Shown here piece by piece: positions 9,599 to 21,276 of a stretch of 39,243 nt of DNA (position 1 is its first letter; each line of letters starts with the position of its first letter). The stretch lies in assembly GCA_001275005.1 (NCBI GenBank), contig JWZX01003383.1, positions 1-39,243 on the forward strand, written 5' to 3'. Origin of the DNA: Chrysochromulina tobinii. Lineage: Eukaryota. Under the pieces are notes generated by a model, which searched no databases, was not told where the DNA came from, and saw only the letters and a list, made by a program, of their open reading frames with translations. The translations under genes were made by a program, and so were the position numbers.

Positions 9599-11344
9599 TC
9601 ACCAACCAGTCGGCCAGCCTGAATGGTAAGTGCCATAGCCTTGCACCAAGGTTGATTCCTCGCTGCCCTTCAGTACCTCAAGAGCGGCTGATTGCTGCCC
9701 GTCTCTCGCGGCCAATGCCTGCTCCACGACGTGCACGACCATTTGCGGATGGATCGCGTCATAGGAGCCGTTGGGAGACTCGGAGACGATAATGAAGTAG
9801 AGCAGAGCAAACACGGAAGCGTAGCCTGCGTACAGAGCGGAATTGGTCATACCCGTCTTTCCCGGATTCGGATGTCCTGACACGAACTCAATCACGGCCG
9901 CGCCCTCTTGGCAAAAGATCATATTCGATTGTTGCGCGCCGTGCGGACCAACGACCACTGCGGCTTCCCAAAATGCTCTTGCCTGTTCGACGTACGGCTC
10001 CGTGCCCAAAAACTCGTGCACGCGCCATCTTGTACTTCCTGAGAAGCGCGCGGAGATTGCAGCCATGATGCCCTTCTGATTCTTGACGCTGCGCCCGCCA
10101 TGGCATCTTGCAACTGGAGCCGCGCTCCTATTTGATGTGGCCGGTCGTTCACACAAGTTGCGATTGAGCACGAGGATTCTGGATGGGAGTGGAGGTTGTC
10201 TTGGTGGATCCGTGAGTGGACCCGAAGATGGGACGCGGCTTAGGCGTGCATGGAAGGCCTCGCGCAGCTTGAGCACGTGCCAAAAGTTCCTGTACACACT
10301 TGGGCTGCAGTCGAATGTGGCGCGGTCAAGGTGCACGGCTGGACCCTCCCACTGCCTCACGTACGGATAGTGCTGCAGTTGATCGACGCTTATTCCCAGA
10401 AGCTCGAGCATGTTGACAAGAATGGTGGCTGGCCCGTTGCCGAAGAACCCGTCCACACATGTCCTGCTTCTCATGTTGAGGTAGGCCTGGGTGCCGTCGG
10501 CAGGAATGCACAAATTCTCGAGCAGCCGCACTCGAGAGACCAACGAGTGATGCTTCCGGCTCAGCAGGTCGAGCGCGAACGCCACCGATCCAAGCGTCTC
10601 GTAGAGCGTGTGGTAGTACGCGATACCCATCAGGTTGCGCCCGATCACGGCGTGTCCTCCACACGAGACTACATTCGTGGGGCGCGCGTTGCAGTTGTGA
10701 GGGCACGCCTCATCGTGCGCTCGCTGCTCAGACACAACCTCGGGGGGCAGATAGTAAGTCGAGCCGTTGGCGCTTTGCATGCGGCGTGCGTGACCCCAGA
10801 CGAGGACGTCCTTCAATGAGCAGACCATCGGCTTGAAGCCTTGGAGCTGCTCGATGCATGCTGCTTTGCGAGCGCGTCGGCTTGCGACCTGCTCGGAAGT
10901 GGGTTGCTCACGACTCGAAACCCATGATGACGGCGCGTACTTCCGAGCAAACAAAATGCGTGCGCGGTCGCTCCACCACGAGGTGTTCAGCGCATGCGTT
11001 GGTGGTGCAAGATGAATTCGGATCCCATCGCAGGCACGCTCTAGGTGGCGGAGACCAATTCCAGCTGGGAGCGTGTCCTTGCTCCGATGCTGTTGCCATC
11101 GACCCGGGTTCCAGTCCACGCGCGCTTCTGGAAGGCATGCATTGTGTGCGGCCGTGGGCCTTGCAAATCGACTGCTTCTGCACTGCTCCGCACCAAAGGA
11201 AGGCATGTAGCTCGCAAAGCGTCTGCTGCTGTTTGCGAACACTGCGGTGGCATGCGGACCGCGCCAGCTTTGCATTGGGTATTTGGTGAGTCCTGGGCAT
11301 GGGCAGGAGGCCACACCAGATGGGCACCACGCTTGAGGCGCCAT
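9599..11344 (-). CDS. Glycosyltransferase family 61 (DUF563-like)
   Basis: 581-aa ORF with YYHTLYE and QARAFWEAAVVVGPHGAQQSNMIFC...VIEF, the GT61 signature region. Start is uncertain. Confidence 0.8.
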   Translation of the reverse strand: MAPQAWCPSGVASCPCPGLTKYPMQSWRGPHATAVFANSSRRFASYMPSFGAEQCRSSRFARPTAAHNACLPEARVDWNPGRWQQHRSKDTLPAGIGLRHLERACDGIRIHLAPPTHALNTSWWSDRARILFARKYAPSSWVSSREQPTSEQVASRRARKAACIEQLQGFKPMVCSLKDVLVWGHARRMQSANGSTYYLPPEVVSEQRAHDEACPHNCNARPTNVVSCGGHAVIGRNLMGIAYYHTLYETLGSVAFALDLLSRKHHSLVSRVRLLENLCIPADGTQAYLNMRSRTCVDGFFGNGPATILVNMLELLGISVDQLQHYPYVRQWEGPAVHLDRATFDCSPSVYRNFWHVLKLREAFHARLSRVPSSGPLTDPPRQPPLPSRILVLNRNLCERPATSNRSAAPVARCHGGRSVKNQKGIMAAISARFSGSTRWRVHEFLGTEPYVEQARAFWEAAVVVGPHGAQQSNMIFCQEGAAVIEFVSGHPNPGKTGMTNSALYAGYASVFALLYFIIVSESPNGSYDAIHPQMVVHVVEQALAARDGQQSAALEVLKGSEESTLVQGYGTYHSGWPTGW

Positions 11345-11684
11345 GGCCTACAAAAGATCTTGATCTTGTGTGGATTCGCATGCGGAACGGTCCTTTTAGG
11401 CCGCGTGTGCATGCACACCGCTCGGGTTTTGACCAAGTGTCCAAGAGTCTCTTTGAATACATTTTGTGCAGCAACCTGTAGCAACCTGTATCACATCAGT
11501 CACACACATCCAGTCCAAATCGCATTACGTTTTCACTTTATAAACGGCTCCAGATCGCCAGCACCGCAGCAGTCCGAAGAGATACGCAGGAAGAAGATGC
11601 GGTTGTGCCGCAGCCCGCACAACACGCGCGCGAGCGAATCCCATTATGCAGACACCCAGCGAGACTGGCCGGACATCGCCGTCG

Positions 11685-14600
11685 CTATCGCCGAAGCGCA
11701 TCATCGCTCTCATAGTCGTCAGCCGAGACGAGCTTTGCTGCAGCACGGTCAGCAGTGACGAGCTTCGCTGCTGAGACGCGACGGAGCACCGCCTCTTGCA
11801 CCTCGGCATAGACCTCGGCCACCGGGATGAGCACCGCCTTGCGCGTCGCGGGATCGTGCATGCAAACTTCATCCATGACTGCCTCGACACTTGCCAACAG
11901 GTACTTGGACGATTCAGCACTGCCCTCGAGCTCCTCCAGCCACTGCTCGAGCTCCGAGACGTGCTTGTCGAGCTCTTGCTGCATCACCTCTTCCGCCTCT
12001 TCGAGCGGCACGAGGCGGCTTCCCGGCACGATCAATTCTTGCGGCGCACCTTTGGTTTTATTCACGCCTCGGTGACTCGGACCAGCCACGTGAATTGTGT
12101 ACGTACGCAGCATCGGGTCGTCGTAGTGCTTCTCTTTGGAAGACGAGGGCTGGACAGTGGCGATGCCTCGGGAGCGAGTTCGGTCGTCCAAGTACCAGCA
12201 ACGGCATCCCACGGACAGCACGGACGCTGGTGGCGGAGCTCCCGCACTCCGGACCTGCACGGTCGCAAGCGCCATGGCACTCTTGAGGATACCCAGCTGG
12301 CTGTCGGCCGTCTGCAGCAAGATGGCGCTGTGCACGTGAAGGCACGTCTGAGCTGCCGCAATGAGGCTCGAGCGCGCGGCGCCGATCGCCGAGGAGCGCT
12401 GTGCGCGCATCATCCCAGGGAATCGCAGCGCAACGTCCTGCGGCGGGCACAACCAGCGGAGTGCTGCGCACAGTGCGGAGCGTAGTGCAGATTGGCCTCC
12501 CAGCTTCGTCAACCAATCGACGCAGAGCCCAGCTTGCACCTCGGGGCTGCCTAGGGCACTCACTACTGTGCACAAGCTGCCCTGCAAAACGGCCGCAACA
12601 CGGGCCCAGTAGGCCGAGCCGCAATCAGACGGGCGTGCGATGGCCAACCCCCCTAGAGCACGCAACGGCCCCAACCGCCCAGGGAGTGGTCCTCCCGACG
12701 GCAGCCGGGCGGCGAGCGCTCTCTCCTCTTTGCTCGTGGGCGGCACCGCGCGTTCAAGCTCCTCAGGCGCAAGCATGAGCATCTCACAGATGCTCTGGAG
12801 CGGTTGGCGCACGAACTCGTGAAGCGGCTGACCCATTCTCGCTACAAGCTGCCCGCCCGCGAGCCGACACACTTGCTCGAGCAGTTGCAGCGCAGCGCGC
12901 TGCTCACGAAGAGCCTCCAAGCTCTTGTCGCCAGCGGCCGAAGCGCGACGTCGATCGCGCTCGCGCACGATCAGCTCCAGAGCCTGCGTAAGTGCGCCGC
13001 GCGCGGCCAGGCTGCTCGCATTTCGCAGCGCGCCGGCGGCGATGGCGAGCATCATGTACCACGCGCGATGCTCGGGTATGGGTTCGCCCCCGCTGCTGTA
13101 CCGCCGACCTTCGGGATCGCGGCTTGGCAAGGTCGCCAAGAGACGCGACATCAGCCCAGCAGACAGAAGCTCGTCTGCAAGGTGGGAGGTCGCGACTAGC
13201 GCCAAAAGGGAAGGCAGCAATGAAGGCACGTGTCCAATGGACTTGGACCTGCCTTGGATGGCGTCCAGGATCCCTCGCGTCGCCATCGGAGTGTTGACGG
13301 GTTGCGTGGCTGGCAGCAGGTGAGCGAGAATGCCGACGCGAACTGCGAGAGGCTCCCCTTGTAATCCTGCCGAGCTGAGGGAAAGAGTCACACGCGGGAC
13401 CAACTCGTCCAGGGCTGCACACACGGATTCACGTCCAAGGCCGAGATCCTCTTCCAAGGTCTCGTCCAAGCTCCGGATCGAGCCGAGGAGCTGCAGCAGA
13501 CTGCACAGCAGCGACGTGCTGAGTGGGGAGACGCGCTCGGGGAATGCGCCCAGAAGCGCTTGCGCGATGCCGTCTCGAAGCTTCACAGCATCTCGACCGT
13601 CGAGCAAGCACATACTCCCGACCATCCCCCCTGGGCCGCAACGCTCGGCTCTGCACAGGAGCCGCAGTGAAGCCAGCAGAATGGTGGCGGCGGCGTAGCA
13701 GCGAGAGCCGCTTGGATCGGTGAGAACATGGGAGGCGAGGCCCTCACCCAGGGACAGTACGAGTGCACGCAATGCACGATGCAGACGGGGGTCGTCGCCA
13801 GGAGCCACAGGGCCCATGCTTGAGGGCCAGAGAATCGCGCACAGAGCCTGCGGGGCTCGCTCAATGAGGCGACCTTCGGTGTCGCTGAACCAGCCGTGGG
13901 GATCGAGACGGCGCTTGTGCTGGCCGCCTGACAGAGAGATGAGGAAAGAGCATCTCATCGGCGGCCCCGTAGTGCAAACTTTAAGGGTCGACGCCGAGCT
14001 GCCCGACCCCTTCGGCGATGCTTGCTCGTGGTGGAGCGCCAGGGCAAGCACAGCCATCACTTCTTGCACGTGCGCGGCGCGCCTATCGAGAGCTGCGGCG
14101 GCGTCCTCGCTCTTGCTCTTGGTCAAGATACGCTGCTGCTGCTCAAGATGCGATTCCTCGCGCGCAAGCAGAGCGCGGACGGCGGCCAAGGCGGCCGAGG
14201 CGGCGGTGCCGGCAGTTGAGGCCGGCGGCTCGGCAGCCGCCATCGCCTCTGCCGCCGCTCGCTCCAGTGCCTGGACCGCACTGTTCAGTGACACCATGGC
14301 AGCTTGGCGCGAAGGATCCGCCTCCGCGGCTCCTTGATCGGCCAAGCCCGAAGCTTGGAATGAGTTGAGCAAGTTGAACAGCCGCGAGCTGACTTCAAGA
14401 CGGGCCCCAAGGACACTTGCGGGCTCCTTGGCGTCTGCACGGTGCTGCTGGCACTCGGAAAGGGCAGCAACACATTCGTCGAAGCGCTTATTGACAAGAG
14501 CGTCGATCACTTTGGCGACGCCAGCTGCGAGGCTCTGTTCAGCCGTTGCCGCACGAGCTCGAACGCGCCGCAACTGCATCAGAAGAGAGGAGTGCACCTT

Positions 14601-17600
14601 TTGAGCGGCGTTCCAGGCGGCGGGCGAAGAGAGTGCGGCGGTTTCCAACCAGCGCAGAAGCGCAGCCCGGTCGGTGGACGCTGGCGAGCTCTGTGGGGCC
14701 TCCTCGGGAGTACGCGAAGCGCGGAGTGCCATCGCTTGCTGCGCCATGCTCCCCCTCGCACACGCGAGCTGAGCCAGTGCGAAATGCATGTGCTTGTGGC
14801 GCACCTCGAGGCGTCGACTCGTCTTAAACACCGCCTTGAACTCCTCAAGCGAGATCTTCCCATCGCCGTCCGTGTCGTGCTGGTCAAGGATCGTCTTCGC
14901 CTCTTCGATGGTGACGGGTTTGCCAGCTTTGGTGAGTGCTTCTTTGAGCTCTTTAACATCAATGAGACCGTCGCCCGACGTGTCCATCGACTTGTAAAAG
15001 TGCTCGGACAGCTCCTTGTCCGTGATCGCCCCACGCTGGCTCCCGTCGCCGATTGGGCATCGAGGCGACTTTGGCCAGGGACTGCGCAGCTCCCAGGTCC
15101 AGTTTGCCCGTACCCTGACCAAGTGACGAACCTGTCTGCCCCATCCCCGCCGATGTGCCGGCGCTCGAAACGACGCCTCGATAGACGGCGTCCGAGTCCA
15201 GGCGACGGCGTGCCGAGTTCGCTTCTTGTTCGGCCGTTGCGATGGCGCTCGTAGAGCCGTACAGCATCGTGGAGGGATGCACTTGAGCGGCCAGCGATCG
15301 CAGTTCATCGGGCGATTCGTGACCATCGTGAAGATCCGGCGGCGCTGTGGCACTGTGATTCTTGAGTAGCTGATTACGTTCATTGAGATTGGCGATGGCC
15401 TTGCTGATCGTGCTTTGAGCCTGTGGCGAGGCCAGCGGAGATGACTTTGGCTCCTTGATGGCGTTGAGGCGTTTGGCCACGTGCTGAGCGAGTTCATGCA
15501 GCAGTCCGACGGACTTGCCGTCCATGCGATCTAAAGACGGGTGGAGGGATGCCACTAAGCGCCACGGAAGCGCGTGCTTCCGAACTGCCACCACCGGGTG
15601 GAGGGCGAGTGTTTGCTGAGCGAGCAGCTCTGCTGCGGCGCTCAGTGTCTCCGCGTGGTGCTGCAGCTGTCGCTCATCCGAGCATTCTTGGATCCAATCG
15701 GCCTGATCCCTGGCGAGCTCGCGGATACGAGACTCCATGAGGCTTTCCACAGGATTCCTCTCGCTGACGCCGCTCAGCCAGCCCGGCGTGTGGTCTGGTT
15801 CGTCGGTAGATGTGGACGCCGTCGGGCTTGCAATCGGGCTTCGCCGAGAAAGCATGGTGATGAGCCCACACCAACTCTTCACCATAGCAGCGTGGGCCCC
15901 GAACGCAAGCCCCGCTGCGTCTGCCCGAGATGCTGCTCGCACGAGACGTCCCGCTGCGTCTGCACGAGATGCTGCTTGCACGGGAGCAGCCACCTGCATG
16001 GCGCGGCTGCTCGTCGACCGATGCGCACTCACTGCTGGCTGATACGCCGCAAGCTGCTCGAGCGGCCGGTCCCGCTGCCGCTGCTCCAACGGGCCGCTGC
16101 TCCAGGTGCCCTCTACATCGCCCAGCACAGCGGGCATCGGGTCGTCATCAAGCGCTGTCTCAGCGACCGTCCGGTCCCGAGGGCGCCAGTGATCAGGGCT
16201 GCCATGAAAAGCTTCGAACTCAGCGTCGAACTCAAACTCAGCGTCCTTCAGACGCCATGCGCGCACCTGCAGCGTTTCGATATCAAACAGTGGCACCGAC
16301 GAGAGGAGGCGTTGGCGACCACCTGCCCAGAGCTCATACAATGCGCACGCTGGCAGCTCCTCCTCATCTTGCATCCAGGATGCATCCACACGAGGATGCA
16401 CTCGGGCGCACGGCACAGCCAGGTTGGGAAGCATCGCCACAGGCGCCGGCCCGCCGCTGAGATTCGCGGCGTCGTAGCCCAACGAGTCGTGCATCCGTTG
16501 CACCTCACGGCTGAGTACCTCTGGCTGAGAGCGCGTCGCGGCCATGATCATCGCATTCGACAACTCCTCGGCGCCAGATGGGAGCTTGTCCGTCGAGGAG
16601 TCCGACGAGGCGTGAGGAGCCAGCCACTGCAGTGTCTTCTCAAGCAGCGTTGCCGCAGCTGGAGCAAGCGCCATATCCTTGATATGGACAACTGGCACTG
16701 CAAGCGCGATTTCTTGCGTGAGGATGTCGATGGCAAGGGCATGGCAGAGCCACGTCTGCCCGCGGACTATGCCAGACGAGGCGCCGAGCGTCCGAGGGAA
16801 TCGCACGGACGCGCCGAGCGAGCGCCAGAAGAGGTCGCTGCTGCGTAGGAGGCGGAGCACAGTTGAGTGCTCAGCTGGGCGACGAAAGAGCTCGCGGATC
16901 AGAGCCAACGCCTGCAGGCAAAGTCCCTCGACCAGTCGTAAGCCATGGGTGTAGCCGCAGCTTTGGGGGACGACGGCCATGGATCCCACAAGGAGCACAA
17001 AGGGCCCCAACGGCCCCAACGGCCCTTTGTGCAAATCCGCACCGTCCGCGGGCTGCTTTTGGCCGTTTTTGGCCGATGCGTTACCCTCAGCCTTGGCCGC
17101 CTCCTTTTTGGCCGCCTCCTTTTCGGCCGCCGCCTTATCGGCCGCCGCCTTCTCAGCCGCCGCCTTCAGCTCCTTCCAGGGCTTCCACACGCCACCCAAC
17201 CGCGCGGCGGCAGTTGGTGACGTCGATCGAGGCGCGCAGCGCTCGAGCTCCGCTGGCCGGTCAGTGATCCACCCCGCGTGTCCCTCGAAGTCCACGGTCA
17301 CCTTGCCGGCCTTGACCTCCTTGACTGTGCCTATCATATCCTTATTCACCGAACCCCACCCCGTCTCAGGCTCCTCGCATGCATCGTGGACTTTCACCGT
17401 CTCTCCGGGCCAGAGCCCGCCTCGGCAGAGCGCATCGAACAGCTGATGCTGGGACTCGGCAGCGGCGCCGAGCAACTGTAAAGCCGCAGATGCGCAGTCG
17501 GCCGCCACCGAAGCTTCGAGACACGTCTCGTCCGCGTACAGGGTGCCAACGCTGTCGTTCATGGCGACAGGCCGGAAGTAGTAGGAGCCCACCTTGACAA

Positions 17601-20600
17601 AATCTTGTCGGCGCAGCTTGGGGCCGAGCCCGAACTCTGCGAATTCTTCGCCACTGAACTCGGTCTTCTGCCGCAGCGCAGCCACGAGGTCCACGCTGTT
17701 GAGCTCATTGCCCTCACTGGGCTTTGACGTGCCGACGTTGCTCCACTTCAAGCCCAGAGGAGTGGCTGAGGTGAGCCAGTCCTCGAGCGTGTAAGAGAGC
17801 GAGGCATCGAGCGGGCTGAGGTGACGCAGCAGCTCCGCTTCCGCTGGCGCTGCGTGGAAAATGAGGGCGAGGCAGCGAGCTGCAAGCGGGCCAATGCTTG
17901 CCACGTCGACGGGACACAGCGGCAAAAGCACCTCGAGCCTGGCCACATCATGGACTTCGGTCAGCGAGGGTGACAGGTACTCGCTCGTCTCCTCCATGTC
18001 GCGCGCAATCTCGACCAGCTTATCGTGCAGCAGCATGCACGTGGCAAGGCACCTTATCCCCGACGCTGGGCCCAGGATGCAGGAAGGCATCGTGCAAGCT
18101 GTGGCGGCGGCCATGCGTCGCCTGCAGCAAGCGTGCCAGCAGGCCGAGCGTGCCGGCGAGCACACGCAGCATGGCGTGTGCGTCGCGTGCGTCTGCAGCG
18201 TCAAAGGCGGCTGCCACACCCCACTGCTGCCGCAAGTGCAGCTCGGCTTGCAACGGACCTGTGACCCAGCGTAGCACGTCGAAGAGGCCCTCGTGCGCAA
18301 CGCCGCTACCAAGGAGGAGGTTGGTGACATGCGCAGCAGCCCCACCACCATCATCGAGCAGTGCTATGAGCATTGCGAGAACTCGCAGCTTACGCTCGTA
18401 CTGCCAACCCGGCTCGCCACCTCCACGAGCCGGGAGCAAGTGCGCCACCACGAAGTGGTAAGCGTCGAGCAAAGGCGGCGGGCGCGCGCGGCGCGCTGAG
18501 GAAGGTAGCATCGATGCAGAGGCAAGGGTGTGAAGCAGCTGGAGCAGCATTGCGGCGTGCCGAGCGTGGTCCCGCTCCGGAAGCCACGGAGTGTCGGACC
18601 ATAGCGACGGAGTCCGCTGGAGCAGCATGGCCAAGGGCTGCGGGCTGTGCTTGGCGAGTGCTGCCAGCAGCTGCAGAGTCAGCAGCAGAAGAGAGGGATG
18701 GGAGCTGTTGAGCGCCGTGCTGAGCACTGGGCTCTGCTCGGTGCCTAGACGCCGCTCGCGTTGCCGCTCCAGATGAGCGCACAGCGGAAGCAGGCTGACC
18801 AGCTCGGCGAGCGGCACTATCGGCGCGAGTGCCTCCGGCGCGTGCGCGAGCAGCGCGAGGGCCCCGGCCGCCGCGCTCTGCACCGAGTCGCTCGCGGTTG
18901 GCCCAGCATGACGAAGCGCAGTGATTGCAGCGCCAAGAATTGGCGCGAGGTCGAGCGGCTGCTCCGCGGGCAACTTCCACTCGACAAAGGCGAGCGGCTC
19001 ACCCGTGGACGGGTCCAAGAGACGTCGCCCAAGCGTGCCAGCAGGCAGCCTGTAGTTTGAGGCCGCGGGGAAGCCGATGGCAGGTAGCGGAACTTTGACC
19101 TCGAGTCTGTTTTGAGGGCGTAGCTCGAGCACGCCGCTCGTCTCGCTGTCCACAGGCAAGGCGGTGCAGACGTTACTGATGTTGCGCGCGTATTTCCACA
19201 CGTCCTCGGGCGAGTCGGCGCACAGGGCGGCGAGGAGCGCGGTCAGTTGGCGCCCCTGTGCTGGAAAGCGAGCACTCTCGAGCAGACCGAAGAAGGAGGA
19301 ATCATCGTTCGCAAACCGCTGGCACAGCTCAGGCCGACCTTCGAGCACGGCCGCGAGGAGCAGCGCCAGGGTCTCATGGTGCGCTGGCCACCCTCTGTCT
19401 GCTGGCCTCTCTGAGGGCCTTCTGTGAGAGATCGAGCCGGGGGCGGCGAGTGCGTCCGGGCTGCCCGCTGCTCCAGGCGGAGCTCGCGTCCCAGCATGGA
19501 TGCGCTCTTGTGAGAGCATATCCTTGACGAGCTCGAAGTGCACCCGGCGCGCGATGTCGGAGAGCTCCTCCTGTGGATCATCCGAGCGGAAGCCGCGCGT
19601 GTGCTGGAACAGCTCGAGGCTCCACGCGAAGCCACCCAGAGCCTCGCCGTCGGCGGCGAGGCTGTCTACCTGCTCGTCAAAGCGCTCATCTTCGGGCGCC
19701 ACCTCCAGGACGACGACGCACCACGCAAGGAGCAACGCCCCCAGTGCCCTGCCTCCCGCATGGACTGCACTTGCATTTCGCCCCTTCTCGAGGAGGTCGG
19801 CAATCACCTTTTGATGGCGCTTGAACACCGCCTCCGCGCGCCTGAGCTCGGATGATGGCGCAATCAGAGAGGCAATCAGAGAGGCAATCAGAGAGGCAAT
19901 CAGAGAGGCAATTAGCGGCGCGCCTGAGCTCGGGGTGGAGCTTGCAGTAACGCTTCTCGCACAGCGTCGCGGCCATCAGCGCGAGCGTCGCTAGCTGGGC
20001 GCGACGCTCGGCGAGGAGGGTCAAATCCGAAGGACGCACGCCGCCAGGGCGAGCGAGCGACGTGCTTGGTAGCCGCGTAGCAAGCGCGCCGGCGCGAACT
20101 GCGAGTGGCGCCCCCTCTACTTGCGAGGGCCAGGGGGCGAGCAGTGGCGAGAGTGCCTCGAGCAACGGTTCCATCGTGGTCGTCTCCTTGCCCACGATGA
20201 CTTTATGCAGCGCCGAGGGCCATCCTTCTCGAGCGGCGTCTTCTTGATCTGGAAGAAGGCCGCTGACGAGCGAGTCGGGATGGAGCACGGGCATGTAGTG
20301 CAGCAGCACGAGCACTCCGAGTACCTCGCACCGCTCTCTTTCCACGTGCATCGCGAGAAGCGCCTCCACCTCGCCCAGCCACGTGCACCGCGCATCCTCG
20401 ACAGCAGCGTCCACAGCAGCGTGGGCGCCCTTGACATTGAGACGCGCCGGTAACCGTGCCTCAAGGTCCTCCCTCCGGCTGCAGAGCGAGGGTATGACCT
20501 TCTTCACCAGGCGCCGTGGCAGCCCACCCTCGAGAAGGCGTGTGACACTTGCACACACAATCGAGTGGAGCTCGGAGTTGAAGTTGAAGGCGATGAGGAG

Positions 20601-21104
20601 CAGCTGGTGAATGCAGCGCAGGAGCAGGCAGCGCTGCTCGTGCGCGTACCGTAGCAGGGCTAGCTCCGCGTTGAGGGGCTCGAGCAGCGCGCGTGCAGTA
20701 GCGCCGTGTGGGGCCGGCGTGGCCACTGCTTTTTTCTCGAATGCTTGCGCATTGTTGGGCGCTTCCTTCTTGAAGGAGATGAGCATGCTGTCCGCCGCTG
20801 TGTTGTCCATCTGAAGGAGCGTACTGGCCGCGAGCACCTGCGCCCGCTCATCCGCTGGCAGCTTCTCAAGCCAGTCCGGCGCCTTTGCGTCCTTGGCGAG
20901 TGCCGCGAAAGTGGGCCGCGTGGGAGGTTTTTCTGCCGAAGTCTCGCGCTCGAGCGTGAAAAACGAAGGGTGGGGCTCGAGCGTGCGCAGCAGCTGGTCT
21001 TCATGCAGCAGGAGCAACTGTTTGATGGAGTCCTTATCGGTGCCGCGGTGCAGACGGTGGAGAAGCGTGCGCAGGAACGAGAAGCCGCTCTTTTCTCTCT
21101 CCAT
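11685..21104 (-). CDS. Very large (~3000 aa) alpha-helical protein, Nup188-like nucleoporin candidate, with inserted SH3-like (HERC2/KEG-type) domain, EF-hand pair and an uncharacterised ~60-aa module
   Basis: Four consecutive minus-strand ORFs can be joined in frame by introns 19842-19923, 18019-18052 and 15036-15069. N-terminal RYAHEQRCLLLRCIHQLL and the Leu-rich solenoid recall Nup188/Nup205. Family assignment is tentative; the coding call itself is stronger. Confidence 0.6.
19842..19923 (-). other. 82-nt GC-AG intron containing four 12-nt repeats
   Basis: (CAATCAGAGAGG)x4 on the + strand at 19861-19908. Removal restores the frame HPELR|RAEAVFKRH. Confidence 0.8.
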
Positions 21105-21276
21105 CGTCGAGAGAGCCGCGCAGCGACGAGAGCCGAAGAGAGACGCGAGAGAGACGCGCAAACGAACGCCGTACTGGGCACAAATCGCCGCGCGCTGCTC
21201 ACGTCCCGATGTACCGAAACGTCCCTCGACAATTGATTTAGACGCGCACCGAAATCGCAATCTCAAACAAAGAGAG
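21105..21276. promoter_or_regulatory. Putative compact bidirectional promoter (Nup188-like / ZEP)
   Basis: 172 bp between divergent inferred start codons; relatively A-rich. Confidence 0.45.

Noticed and set aside
20893..21276. ORF extensions making ZEP and the Nup188-like gene overlap
   Set aside because: The extensions start at non-ATG codons and are antisense shadows; plausible ATGs lie at 21104 and 21277.
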